This document shows positions 38,859 to 47,372 of a DNA stretch of 64,000 nt, piece by piece. Both the position numbers and the translations under genes were made by a program. The notes beneath the pieces are model-generated. The model was not told the DNA's origin, did not search any database, and worked only from the letters and a program-made list of their open reading frames with translations. Every line of letters begins with the position of its first letter. Within the stretch, counting starts at the first letter, position 1. The stretch lies in the sequence record CP080654.1; one strand, given 5' to 3'. This DNA comes from a plasmid.

Positions 38859-39257
38859 TTAATCATTAGTATTATTTACCTCATCCTCTTCAGGGAAATA
38901 CATACGCATAACTTCCTGCACGTCTTCCTGAATATTCTGAATGATCCCTTTCCATTGCCATCGAGGGTCATCCTTTACATGGGGACTGAGGCATTCAATA
39001 CCCAAAACTTTATTCATAGAAAACTGTGTTTTAACTACATATTCGAATAAAGCCTTATTGAATGCCATCTGATTGAAACCAGACTCCTTACGTTCCATTT
39101 GAGCTTCATACACACGAAGCCCAAGCTCAATGAGCATCGAACTGATACTTGAAAAATTCACATCCTTGTCCTTAGCACCGCCAGCACGACGCTGCTCAAT
39201 GATTGCATTGATTTTCTCAACAACCTGATCACTTATATAAACCTGCACTCTTGGCAT
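38859..39257 (-). CDS. traM: TraM oriT-binding relaxosome accessory protein.
   Basis: From the internal ATG: MPRVQVYISDQVVEKINAIIEQRRAGGAKDKDVNFSSISSMLIELGLRVYEAQMERKESGFNQ, a close match to F TraM. Confidence 0.9.
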   Translation of the reverse strand: MPRVQVYISDQVVEKINAIIEQRRAGGAKDKDVNFSSISSMLIELGLRVYEAQMERKESGFNQMAFNKALFEYVVKTQFSMNKVLGIECLSPHVKDDPRWQWKGIIQNIQEDVQEVMRMYFPEEDEVNNTND

Positions 39258-39329
39258 AGCAAATCCTTTCTTATTAAGAGTGAATACTAACAACACACAT
39301 ATAGAATTTTCGTCCAACAAACTCAAGAT

Positions 39330-39650
39330 TAGAGTCCAGACTACACTCTAGAGTCTAGAGCATAAAGTATCTCATCAAAAGGGACTACACTCTAGAGTGC
39401 AATCCCAATTATCCATCTGATTTTATAGACGATAGTCGTTATCGACTCTAAAAAGACTCTATCCAGACTCTATTTAGAGTCTGGATAGAGTCTGTTTATA
39501 CTTTCTAAATGAAAGAAACAGAAAGTTCACTCACATAAGCTCATAATTTAAAGGATAAATCTGCAAAATTTTAATTTTGCGTGGGGTGTGGTGATTTTGT
39601 GGTGAGGAGTGCATATATGTTGAGTCTCGGTCTTGGATGGGTTAAGGTTA
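39330..39650. other. oriT: oriT (F-type origin of transfer) with TraM/TraY/IHF binding repeats and the nic site.
   Basis: ttttgcgtggggtgtggtgattttgtggtgagg at ~39577-39609 matches the F nic region GCGTGGGGTGT|GGTG. Upstream are inverted repeats tagagtctagag / actctagagtg and direct repeats ctatccagactctatttagagtctggatagagtct, typical of sbm/sby sites. Confidence 0.85.
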
Positions 39651-39678
39651 TTCCGGGATTTGGCACGGAGGGGAATTC

Positions 39679-40164
39679 ATGAAGGGAGTAGCGTTTGGTA
39701 TCATCCTGTCTTTAATACCATTGTCATCAATGGCAGCAGACTGCTTTGATATGGCTGGCAGGGATTACAAAATTGATCCGGATCTCCTGCGTGCTATATC
39801 ATGGCAAGAATCACGATTTAAAATTGATGCGATTGGGCGTAATCCTGTTACGGGTTATGGATCAGGCTTGATGCAAATTGACTCGCAGCATTTCAACGAA
39901 CTGTCGCGATATGGAATAAAACCGGATCATCTTCTTAGCGATGCTTGTCTTAACATCTACACCGGAGCCTATTATCTGGCTCAGGCGTTTAAAAAGTGGG
40001 GCGTTTCGTGGGATGCAGTCGGGGCATACAATGCAGGCTTCAAAAAGACCCCGCGCCAGGCAGCAAGACGTTACGAGTATGCGAAGAAGATCCATTACTA
40101 CTACACGGCTATCAAAGCAAGCAAACGAACTTCTTCTAAAGATCAGAAAATCGCCATGAACTAA
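39679..40164 (+). CDS. Gene X / orf169-type lytic transglycosylase (P19 family).
   Basis: 161 aa with a signal peptide. [14 protein letters not shown]...GLMQI is the lysozyme-like SLT catalytic motif (ES...GLMQ). It is the first gene of the leading region, as in F/R1. Confidence 0.85.
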   Translation: MKGVAFGIILSLIPLSSMAADCFDMAGRDYKIDPDLLRAISWQESRFKIDAIGRNPVTGYGSGLMQIDSQHFNELSRYGIKPDHLLSDACLNIYTGAYYLAQAFKKWGVSWDAVGAYNAGFKKTPRQAARRYEYAKKIHYYYTAIKASKRTSSKDQKIAMN

Positions 40165-40196
40165 AAAGCCTTCTGATATAAGAAGGCTTGAATTTC

Positions 40197-40529
40197 TTAA
40201 AAATCTACGGCATCTATACCTGGATAATAATCGGCATCACTATCAAAATGAAAAAGCAGATACCCGCCCTCCCGGTGCATTAGTATGAGATTTTTGCGTA
40301 AAAATTTTGACACCCCACCTCTTTTTAGCGCCAGAAGATGGCGTTTGAAATCATACATCCTTATAACACAACCATAAGGTGTATCATGTATCCACTCTAA
40401 GTAACTATCGCAAGTTAGATAATTGGTTGTTGATGAAAGCACCTGAAGAACTCTGATATCACCTTCTTCCATATGTGAAATACTGATACAGACAGCTTTA
40501 AATTCAAACATAAGTATTCCCACCATCAA
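40197..40529 (-). CDS. Hypothetical protein (AT-rich, about 100 aa).
   Basis: ORF between gene X and the orf273-like gene. No motif. Confidence 0.35.
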   Translation of the reverse strand: MMVGILMFEFKAVCISISHMEEGDIRVLQVLSSTTNYLTCDSYLEWIHDTPYGCVIRMYDFKRHLLALKRGGVSKFLRKNLILMHREGGYLLFHFDSDADYYPGIDAVDF

Positions 40530-40558
40530 AACGCCGGACAGCTGCCCGGCGCTTATAA

Positions 40559-41380
40559 TTAGCCTTTAAGAGTGCGGAATTTCTCCGCAATTAACCACAA
40601 TGCCTTATTGAGTTTGACATCACCATCAATTGCTTTTACTGGCCGGGTTGTTGTTCTTTTCCCTTTTTCAGTTCGGCCAGGCAAACCGCCTTTAATCAGA
40701 TTTTCCTGGACCCTTTGATATGTAGTCCAGATGTCATATTTTTTATCTTCATAACGGCGCGGATGAATTATCTGTTCAATACTGACCGGAGATTTATTTT
40801 CATCTTCATATCGGTAGGTTAATGCAGCTTGTCCAAACAGACGCTGTTCTTCCTTGGTTAAGGCAATAGACTTCATGACATCAACGCCTTCAGTTATTTT
40901 ATCGAAAATTCCCAGAACTTCGTAAGCACCTTCGATAACCCTTCCCACAATATCACCTTTATGAGGTACACGAATCTCACCAAACGACGTACCGCACACA
41001 AGGCCATTTGTGCATACAAAACGGAACATACCCGGGATCATTTGATAACTGGACGATCCATCATGCGAGTTAAGAAGAATGATTTCGGGTACTTCTGTTC
41101 CTTTATTGGCCCCTTCACGGCGAAGTCTTACCATATGCTTAGTATGCCCCCGTTTATCCTCATCCCTTACTCGTGACTGACAGGCAAAAAATGGCTGGAA
41201 ACCTTCTTCACGTAATTTATCCAGCAGTGTAATGGTTGGAATATAGGTATAGCGATCACTACGTGAATTATGCTTTTCTTCTGAAAACACAGAAGGTACA
41301 ACCTTGACTAATTCATCGTTAGTCAGTGGGCGTTCCTGACGAATGGAATGAGTAAGTCCAAATCGGGATGCTAAACGCAT
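40559..41380 (-). CDS. Leading-region 273-aa protein (F orf273-like; DUF932-like by recollection).
   Basis: 273 aa from the internal ATG (MRLASRFGLTHSIRQERPLTNDELVKV...). The longer ORF upstream runs into the Frpo-like repeat and is an artefact. Confidence 0.7.
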   Translation of the reverse strand: MRLASRFGLTHSIRQERPLTNDELVKVVPSVFSEEKHNSRSDRYTYIPTITLLDKLREEGFQPFFACQSRVRDEDKRGHTKHMVRLRREGANKGTEVPEIILLNSHDGSSSYQMIPGMFRFVCTNGLVCGTSFGEIRVPHKGDIVGRVIEGAYEVLGIFDKITEGVDVMKSIALTKEEQRLFGQAALTYRYEDENKSPVSIEQIIHPRRYEDKKYDIWTTYQRVQENLIKGGLPGRTEKGKRTTTRPVKAIDGDVKLNKALWLIAEKFRTLKG

Positions 41381-41409
41381 TTTTTTCTCCTTAATTAGAT
41401 CTGAATTTT

Positions 41410-42160
41410 TTAAACCATCACCCGTTGAGTTGCCGGGGCCGCGGTTTTGACTTTGTGCGGGGACCTGCTGAACCTGCCCCCTGGATATAACCTTCACCCG
41501 TTTGAGAGCCGTTCGCCGCGAGGGCGTAAACGAGCACGGCCCGGTGCAGATGTCCGGGGGTGAGCGGGAAATTTTTTTCGGTCTAATGAAGCGGCAGCGG
41601 AATGGCCGGGAAAAATTTATTGCGAAAGGCTCTGCCGTCCCCTGGACAGCAAGACGGGTTGTGCTTGTCTCAGCCCCGGCGAATGGACTCAAACGGGTGA
41701 TACGGCGCCAGGGGAAAGGAGCAGGCACCCGCCGCAACGACGAAGAGCGCGGGCGCGAAACGGCGTTGCCCTGCAGAGTGCCGGCAGCTTTATCGCCGGC
41801 ACGGTGAAAGCGGCGCGACCGGAACGGTCGCAGCAAGCGCTGCTGTTGACCCTGACCTCAGACATCAGACACTAGCCGTCAGGCCCGAAACCGCGTAGCG
41901 GGTTCGGCGGAGCTTACCGCGTCTTTTCGCGGTTAGCGGAGTGTGGCTCGACGACCGGACAGCGCAGCTGGCCGGGAGCCGAAGGTGTCCAGTATGGGTG
42001 TGCTTTTAAAGCCTTTAAGGGTTAAAAAGAGACATCACAGCAGAAAGAAGAAGAGAAAGCAGGAAGACAGGGGGCAGCAAACAGGGAAAACGCGGAAAGG
42101 AAATACGGGCGGCGCGTGAGCGCGGCCCGGTTTTCCCGGCGACGCAGGCGCGCGGCCTTT
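41410..42160 (-). promoter_or_regulatory. Frpo/ssi-like repeat copy 1: a large imperfect inverted repeat able to form a ssDNA hairpin promoter, with a conserved upstream segment.
   Basis: A >90% identical sequence recurs at ~44118, ~50286 and ~53680, in the same orientation, each immediately 5' of a minus-strand gene block. Arm catcacccgtttgagagccgttcgccg pairs with cggcgaatggactcaaacgggtgata. Confidence 0.7.
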
Positions 42161-42200
42161 TAGCGCAGTCGGGCAGGTGATCCCCTGCCCTTTCGGTTAT

Positions 42201-43034
42201 TTACGCGGCCTCCTGTATTCCGCGCAAAAAGTCCCGCATGGCCCTGAACCGGCGAAGATCTGCCAGTCGCTTTTCAAAGGCATTCAGGTAGTAAACCGGG
42301 GTATACCTCACCCGCCGGTACTGCATCGTGAGCGTGTTACCCGTCACCACTTCCGCCGCTATCCCCAGCAGTGACAGCTGGATGAAGGCCATATCTGCCG
42401 CTACCGGATCGATGTCAATGCAGCTGCCGAACATGTGCATTGAGGGGTTGATATCGGCTTCAAGCAGGCACTCTGCATAGGCGATCAGCATCCCGGCAGC
42501 CCCACACGCCGGATCGCTGACTGTGGCAATCCCTTCCCGGCGGATAGTGTCTCTGACACCTGGCATTAGCATCCGCGCCATCAGACACTGCACTGAATAC
42601 GGGGTAAAATACTGCCCGCGAAAATTATCGCCCAGCTCCAGCTCCATAAAAATAGCGCCGAGGAAATCATGAAATTTCGCCTCCAGCGCACACACCATCA
42701 GGCAGAACATTTCCTGCATGTTCGCGATGTCGGTGGCCCCGTACCGGGCGCAGATTTTCCGGCAGTTCTCCATGCTCTCCGGCGTTCGTATCCGGGCCAT
42801 ATCCAGCTCGCTGGCGGCAAGCGACAGAAAATCACTGAACACTTCCCAGCGCCCCAGATGGCGGCCCGTATCCTTAAATACGCGGATAAAACGGCTCCGG
42901 CTGTACTGCTCGCTCATCATACGCTGAACCGTGGGCACCATTTCCGCGATCTGCTGCCCTGCCTGAATGACAGGGCTGTTATCAGCGGCTTCTCTGGCCA
43001 TATTGAACACATCGGCAAAACTCAGTTGTGACAT
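42201..43034 (-). CDS. HsdM-like (gamma-class N6-adenine methyltransferase-like) protein that lacks the catalytic NPPF/Y motif.
   Basis: 277 aa. Motif X GQYFTPYSVQCLMARML and motif I SDPACGAAGMLIAY are present, with an HsdM-like segment GSCIDIDPVAADMAFIQLSLLGI. No (N/D)PP(F/Y) occurs before the C-terminus. Confidence 0.6.
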   Translation of the reverse strand: MSQLSFADVFNMAREAADNSPVIQAGQQIAEMVPTVQRMMSEQYSRSRFIRVFKDTGRHLGRWEVFSDFLSLAASELDMARIRTPESMENCRKICARYGATDIANMQEMFCLMVCALEAKFHDFLGAIFMELELGDNFRGQYFTPYSVQCLMARMLMPGVRDTIRREGIATVSDPACGAAGMLIAYAECLLEADINPSMHMFGSCIDIDPVAADMAFIQLSLLGIAAEVVTGNTLTMQYRRVRYTPVYYLNAFEKRLADLRRFRAMRDFLRGIQEAA

Positions 43035-43084
43035 GAAACATTCTCCGGTAATGCCGCCCCCTTCAGGGGGCGGCGTTTTTCACA

Positions 43085-43231
43085 TCACGCGAGGCCGAGG
43101 CCAGCGTAAACCGCGGTCATGAACTGCTGCCAGTACTCCAGCTTTAAAGCGGGAACGCGGGCTCGCTGACCACTGCGAAGGGCATTTACAAACGCGTTCG
43201 CCTGTGCGACGATTTGCGGGTCGAAATTCAT
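43085..43231 (-). CDS. Possible small protein (~48 aa), not in the ORF track.
   Basis: Minus-strand ATG preceded by GGAGAttaaacc. Hand translation gives MNFDPQIVAQANAFVNALRSGQRARVPALKLEYWQQFMTAVYAGLGLA*. It sits in the gap between the 277-aa and 115-aa genes. Confidence 0.3.
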   Translation of the reverse strand: MNFDPQIVAQANAFVNALRSGQRARVPALKLEYWQQFMTAVYAGLGLA

Positions 43232-43325
43232 GGTTTAATCTCCATGTTTATTTTGTGTATGCCGGATGCAAACTTTTGCGGGTGTCACATCCGGCGTGGA
43301 ATGAGCAGGCGAAAGCCTGCTTTTT

Positions 43326-43673
43326 TCATTTTTCGGTCAGGTTAAATCCCTCCTTAATGCGCGTTGTGATCTGCGCATGGCTCAGGTTACACACATCCCG
43401 CAGCCGGAAATATCTGGCTCCGTAGCGGGCATAGATCTCTGTCACGTCACCGCAAACCATCTCCTGCAGCATGAACGTTTCCCACTCGCCGTTCTCACTC
43501 GTTGACCAGTTGAGCGGATACATCAGGCCCAGCGCGTCATGGAATGTGTGAACGTCGATTTCTGAGGGGGCTTTTACCGCTGCTTTCTGCAGGCTCAACC
43601 AGTATTCGCGCTCTGCTTCTGCTGTAGCCAGCATTCCCGGATGGGCTGAGGATTCGGTGAGGAGTAAGTGCAT
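43326..43673 (-). CDS. Hypothetical leading-region protein (~115 aa).
   Basis: MHLLLTESSAHPGMLATAEAEREYWLSLQ... It is co-oriented with and downstream of Frpo-like copy 2. Confidence 0.45.
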   Translation of the reverse strand: MHLLLTESSAHPGMLATAEAEREYWLSLQKAAVKAPSEIDVHTFHDALGLMYPLNWSTSENGEWETFMLQEMVCGDVTEIYARYGARYFRLRDVCNLSHAQITTRIKEGFNLTEK

Positions 43674-43729
43674 GGGGTTCTCCTTCAGGTTAAGGGTTGG
43701 CAGTACCAAACCGCCACCCGATTAGGTCA

Positions 43730-44083
43730 TCAGTAATCAGCTGCCAGCTCGCTCATAAGGTCGGCACATTCATCATGAGCACGTTCTTCTTCCGCCAGCG
43801 TCAGCATGTAACCCCGTTGAGCCGCCGCGCCAATGAATACCGGACGATCTTTCAGCGGCAGCTTTTCCAGGTAAATCATAGCCATACTCAACAGACGGGA
43901 CGCATAAATCTCGTAGTACAAACCACACCCACGACTTGCCTGTTTTTCCATACGAGCCAGCACCACATCAGCGCGGATCACATCGAAAGGGTTACGGGAA
44001 TGAATGTTGCGCACAAAACAGTCAGTCCGGAGGGTTGTGCTTTCTTTGGTGGAGGGTTTTACGTTGACGTTTTGTATGCTCAT
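43730..44083 (-). CDS. Hypothetical leading-region protein (~117 aa), the first gene after Frpo-like copy 2.
   Basis: MSIQNVNVKPSTKESTTLRTDCFVRNIHSRNPFDVIRADVVLARMEKQ... An ATG lies ~35 nt from the repeat end. Confidence 0.45.
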   Translation of the reverse strand: MSIQNVNVKPSTKESTTLRTDCFVRNIHSRNPFDVIRADVVLARMEKQASRGCGLYYEIYASRLLSMAMIYLEKLPLKDRPVFIGAAAQRGYMLTLAEEERAHDECADLMSELAADY

Positions 44084-44117
44084 CCTACTTTCTCCTCTGT
44101 CTGTTTTTCTGTCTTTT

Positions 44118-44700
44118 AAAACCATCACCCGTTGAGTTGCCGGGGCCGCGGTTTTGACTTTGTGCGGGGACCTGCTGAACCTGCCCCCTGGATATAACCT
44201 TCACCCGTTTGAGAGCCGTTCGCCGCAAGGGCGTAAACGAGCACGGCCCGGTGCAGATGTCCGGGGGTGAGCGGGAAATTTTTTTCGGCCTAATGAAGCG
44301 GCAGCGGAATGGCCGGGGAAAATTTATTGCGAAAGGCCCTGCCGTCCCCTGGACAGCAAGACGGGTTGTGCTTGTCTCAGCCCCGGCGAATGGACTCAAA
44401 CGGGTGATACGGGTACCAGGGGAAAGGAGCAGGCACCCGCCGCAACGACGGAACGCGCGGGCGCGAAACGGCGTTGCCCCGCAGAGTGCCGGCAGCTTTA
44501 TCGCCGGCACGGTGAAAGCGGCGCGACCGGGACGGTCGCAGCAAGCGCTGCCGTTGACCTTTCAGACATCAGACACTAGCCGTCAGGCCCGAAACCGCTT
44601 TGCGGGTTCGGCGGAGCTTACCGCGTCTTTTCGCGGTTAGCGGAGTGTGGCTCGACGACTGGCCAGCTTTGCTGGTCAGGAGCCGAAGGGGTCCAGTGTT
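44118..44700 (-). promoter_or_regulatory. Frpo/ssi-like repeat copy 2 (shorter: its distal segment is truncated).
   Basis: Same sequence as copy 1 from aaaccatcacccgttgagttgccggggccgcgg through ...gcggttagcggagtgtggctcgacga. Confidence 0.7.
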
Positions 44701-44712
44701 GTTATGCCTTTC

Positions 44713-45063
44713 TTAACGTTCCAGGCGTTCGACGGTGGCCAGCAATTGCGGATAGGTCGCTGAGTAACACTTTTCGTACAGTGATTTAGCTGCGGGTATC
44801 CCTTCCAGATAATCATCCGAGTCCCGAATTTCCTGAGCCAGATATTCAATAAAGGCGGGTTCCACAACGGAGCCACTCAGCACATTAAGCAGAACCTGTG
44901 TTTCGTCGTCATCGAGAGGAAGGGCACAGGCCCGAACCAGATGCGCATAGCGATCAAAGATATTATTCAGCCTTTCAGTCACCCCTTCCCTGTGGGAGTT
45001 CAGATGTGCTCGCAGCTTAGGCGAAGGCGTGAAAGAGGGGTTGCGGGAGATCTCTTTTTTCAC
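44713..45063 (-). CDS. Hypothetical protein (116 aa).
   Basis: It overlaps the upstream 97-aa gene by 4 nt (ATGA), so the two form an operon pair. Confidence 0.45.
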   Translation of the reverse strand: MKKEISRNPSFTPSPKLRAHLNSHREGVTERLNNIFDRYAHLVRACALPLDDDETQVLLNVLSGSVVEPAFIEYLAQEIRDSDDYLEGIPAAKSLYEKCYSATYPQLLATVERLER

Positions 45064-45353
45064 TGGTTATCCTCAGAATACTGGCCCGACATCATTAAGA
45101 ATTTGCGCCGCTCCCTCACGAACTGTCGATACCATTTACGGGCAACACTGGCCAGATCGTCCTCAGAAGCGTCACAGTACAGCGTACTGCCCATAAACCC
45201 TCCCCCACGGCAAATCTGAGCACCTGTGTTACCAGAGTGTCCCGGGGACTCCAGGTGGACATAACCGCCACTCTCGGGTGCGTAAAAACTGAAAATTTCG
45301 CCGGTTTTACGGGATTTTATCGTGAAGTTCATGCTGGCTCTCCTTTGGCTCAC
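45060..45353 (-). CDS. Hypothetical protein (97 aa).
   Basis: Translationally coupled to the 116-aa gene. Confidence 0.45.
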   Translation of the reverse strand: MSQRRASMNFTIKSRKTGEIFSFYAPESGGYVHLESPGHSGNTGAQICRGGGFMGSTLYCDASEDDLASVARKWYRQFVRERRKFLMMSGQYSEDNQ

Positions 45354-45379
45354 CCGCGACTGCGCTTCGCCTCACTGAG

Positions 45380-45739
45380 TTAAGTGGAAAAATTGCTGTT
45401 CATTACACAATCAACTGTATGACAGATGTCATACATAATCAACAAAAAAAAGCCGGCTAACAATTGCGTTGATTCAGTCACTCCGGCAACATCAATAATT
45501 AACATCCACATAGCTATGGCAAATAACTGGCATGCAATTATCCTTGCGTTCATCATAGAACCACCTAATAAAGACACTGTTGCGGCCATAGTTATAATCC
45601 ACATTCCAGCAAAAGCAGCAAAAATAGCTGAAATGCTGAACCCCAAAAATGTAAACACTATCGATTCACGCACGGTAAGCCCGTAAAATCCATAAAGCAC
45701 TAAAATCACACAAATAAATACCACCATAAACTTCATCAT
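45380..45739 (-). CDS. Hypothetical polytopic membrane protein (119 aa, AT-rich).
   Basis: 3-4 TM segments. Confidence 0.4.
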   Translation of the reverse strand: MMKFMVVFICVILVLYGFYGLTVRESIVFTFLGFSISAIFAAFAGMWIITMAATVSLLGGSMMNARIIACQLFAIAMWMLIIDVAGVTESTQLLAGFFLLIMYDICHTVDCVMNSNFST

Positions 45740-45849
45740 AATCCCTCGCTTTCCTTTAAAATCTGCACACCCAACTTATTTCAATCTAAATTCATTAATC
45801 CATTGCCGTTTGATACATAACCCTTAAATCTCGCTGAGTTTAATATCAT

Positions 45850-46176
45850 TTAACGGACTGTTTTACCGCTAAAATAATCAGGCCGAGCCTCCAGTTCTCT
45901 TTCGATGAGTTCATCAGCAAACAGTGGGGCGGTACGATATACTCTTTTCGCCAGATTGCGTCGGCGAGCTGCAGCTTTTTGTTCTTCACTCCAGCGACGG
46001 ATCGGCTTGTCCCCACAAAAATCCAGGCACACAGCATACCCTGCCCCTGCCACCCACAAATCCATAACTGATGCTGGCGCTGGTTGTCCTTCCTCAACTT
46101 GTTCCGAAGCGAGCACCTCCACTCCTGGACACGGAGAAGGTAACTTCCAGCGCAGCGAATAGCGCCATGTCATCAA
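45850..46176 (-). CDS. Hypothetical protein (108 aa) immediately downstream of psiA.
   Basis: ORF abutting the psiA stop (46177). Confidence 0.4.
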   Translation of the reverse strand: MMTWRYSLRWKLPSPCPGVEVLASEQVEEGQPAPASVMDLWVAGAGYAVCLDFCGDKPIRRWSEEQKAAARRRNLAKRVYRTAPLFADELIERELEARPDYFSGKTVR

Positions 46177-46899
46177 TTATCCTCTGCAGATAAGTTTGTT
46201 TGGTACCAGCCAGCGCTCCCTCTCAAGGATGGCCTCTTCCGATTCCTGAACGATGAAACGGATTTCATGCATAACCTCATACAAGGGGGCATGAGCACAA
46301 AGGAGCCAGCGAAGATCCCTGAGAGATGTAAATCGCGTCTGCCAACGCCAGAAGGCCGGTTCAAGCTCACTCGCGTCAAACTCGTCGCTCCACCGGCGGT
46401 ACCAGCTGTTAACCGTTTCCGGCGACTGGAAATTTAGCTCAGTGACAGCCTGCCCGAGCAAATTCTGGCGCAGTAGCCATGACTGTTCAACCTTCCGCGC
46501 TTCCCGCCGCATTTTGCGGGTGAATGCGATGTTCTGACGCTGAGTTCTCCGCTCTCCACGGGCGTGCCTCACCTCCGGGAACAGTTCAGACTGCACATCC
46601 TGCGACAATGGCAAAGGACAATACTCGCCATTGCTGGCAATCAATACATCCAGCGCTTCTTCCACCTGCTTCAGGTTTGAGAGTCGGTCCTTTGGATCAC
46701 GATATAAGCCGGGAATGCGTCGCGGCACTTCGTTGTTAATGCGGCCGCTGCCCGTCAGCAGGCGCAAAAAAGTTCGCACATGTGGCATCGATGGCAGACG
46801 AGCGCCGCGCTGGCGAGCATCTTCCACAGTCATGATGGCCTGCAGTGCAGCCTGTCGAGCAGGTTGCAGGGTAACAAGGGAACGGGATGAATGGATCAT
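46177..46899 (-). CDS. psiA: PsiA (plasmid SOS inhibition A).
   Basis: 240 aa. It is coupled to psiB (4-nt overlap), with the canonical psiB-psiA order. Confidence 0.85.
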   Translation of the reverse strand: MIHSSRSLVTLQPARQAALQAIMTVEDARQRGARLPSMPHVRTFLRLLTGSGRINNEVPRRIPGLYRDPKDRLSNLKQVEEALDVLIASNGEYCPLPLSQDVQSELFPEVRHARGERRTQRQNIAFTRKMRREARKVEQSWLLRQNLLGQAVTELNFQSPETVNSWYRRWSDEFDASELEPAFWRWQTRFTSLRDLRWLLCAHAPLYEVMHEIRFIVQESEEAILERERWLVPNKLICRG

Positions 46900-47327
46900 T
46901 GTTCGCCCTCCTGTTTCAGGGTGTTGATGATGCTGGCAAATGAATATCCGTCCTCATCGAGGCGCGCGATAAGGGACAGCGCATGGTTAATCCGTTCCGG
47001 GTTATATCTGGCCATCGAGCAAACGACAGAGAAAGGCTGGCCTCCACGGGTAATAAAGACGATTATCCACACAGGACTGAGATCACCCGGACTGCATACT
47101 GCTACATCGAAATGGTCATGAGACGGGCTAAACCGGAGCTGGACAGGAAAGAACCCCCCAAATTCGGCCCGGTATTCCGCATTTACTGCCCAGCCATCCG
47201 GTACCGTTAAATCGCGCATGACTGCATGGCTCAGTTCACGACGAAAATCCTCACCGGCGTTACGATAGTCTTCCAGTTCTTCGGTAGACATGGTTTTCAG
47301 AACATCAAGATTCAGCACAGTTTTCAT
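46896..47327 (-). CDS. psiB: PsiB (RecA/SOS inhibitor transferred early in conjugation).
   Basis: MKTVLNLDVLKTMSTEELEDYRNAGEDFRRELSHAVMRDLTVPDGW...EFGGFFPVQLRFSPSHDHFDVAVCSPGD, a close match to F PsiB. Confidence 0.9.
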   Translation of the reverse strand: MKTVLNLDVLKTMSTEELEDYRNAGEDFRRELSHAVMRDLTVPDGWAVNAEYRAEFGGFFPVQLRFSPSHDHFDVAVCSPGDLSPVWIIVFITRGGQPFSVVCSMARYNPERINHALSLIARLDEDGYSFASIINTLKQEGEQ

Positions 47328-47372
47328 AGTATTGTCTCCCTGCTGCCGCCCCTGACGGGGCGGCTCTGGTTA

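Noticed and set aside
41502-41807. Plus-strand 101-aa ORFs MRAVRR[EK][28 protein letters not shown]... at 41502, 44209, 50378 and 53765, plus the 54206 and 50819 MARRPDSAAGREPKVSSMG ORFs.
   Set aside because: These are repeat-derived frames of the GC-rich hairpin element. They have the same sequence in every copy, no RBS context, and lie antisense to the transferred-strand promoter.
40559-41836. The long 425-aa minus-strand ORF, with similar N-terminal extensions on 49741..50712, 53671..54099 and 44085..44510, reads MLRP[FS]RSRRFHRAG...
   Set aside because: The identical N-terminal 150 aa recur in all four ORFs because they are translated from the Frpo-like repeat. The real genes (orf273-like, ssb and the others) start at internal ATGs just past the repeat.
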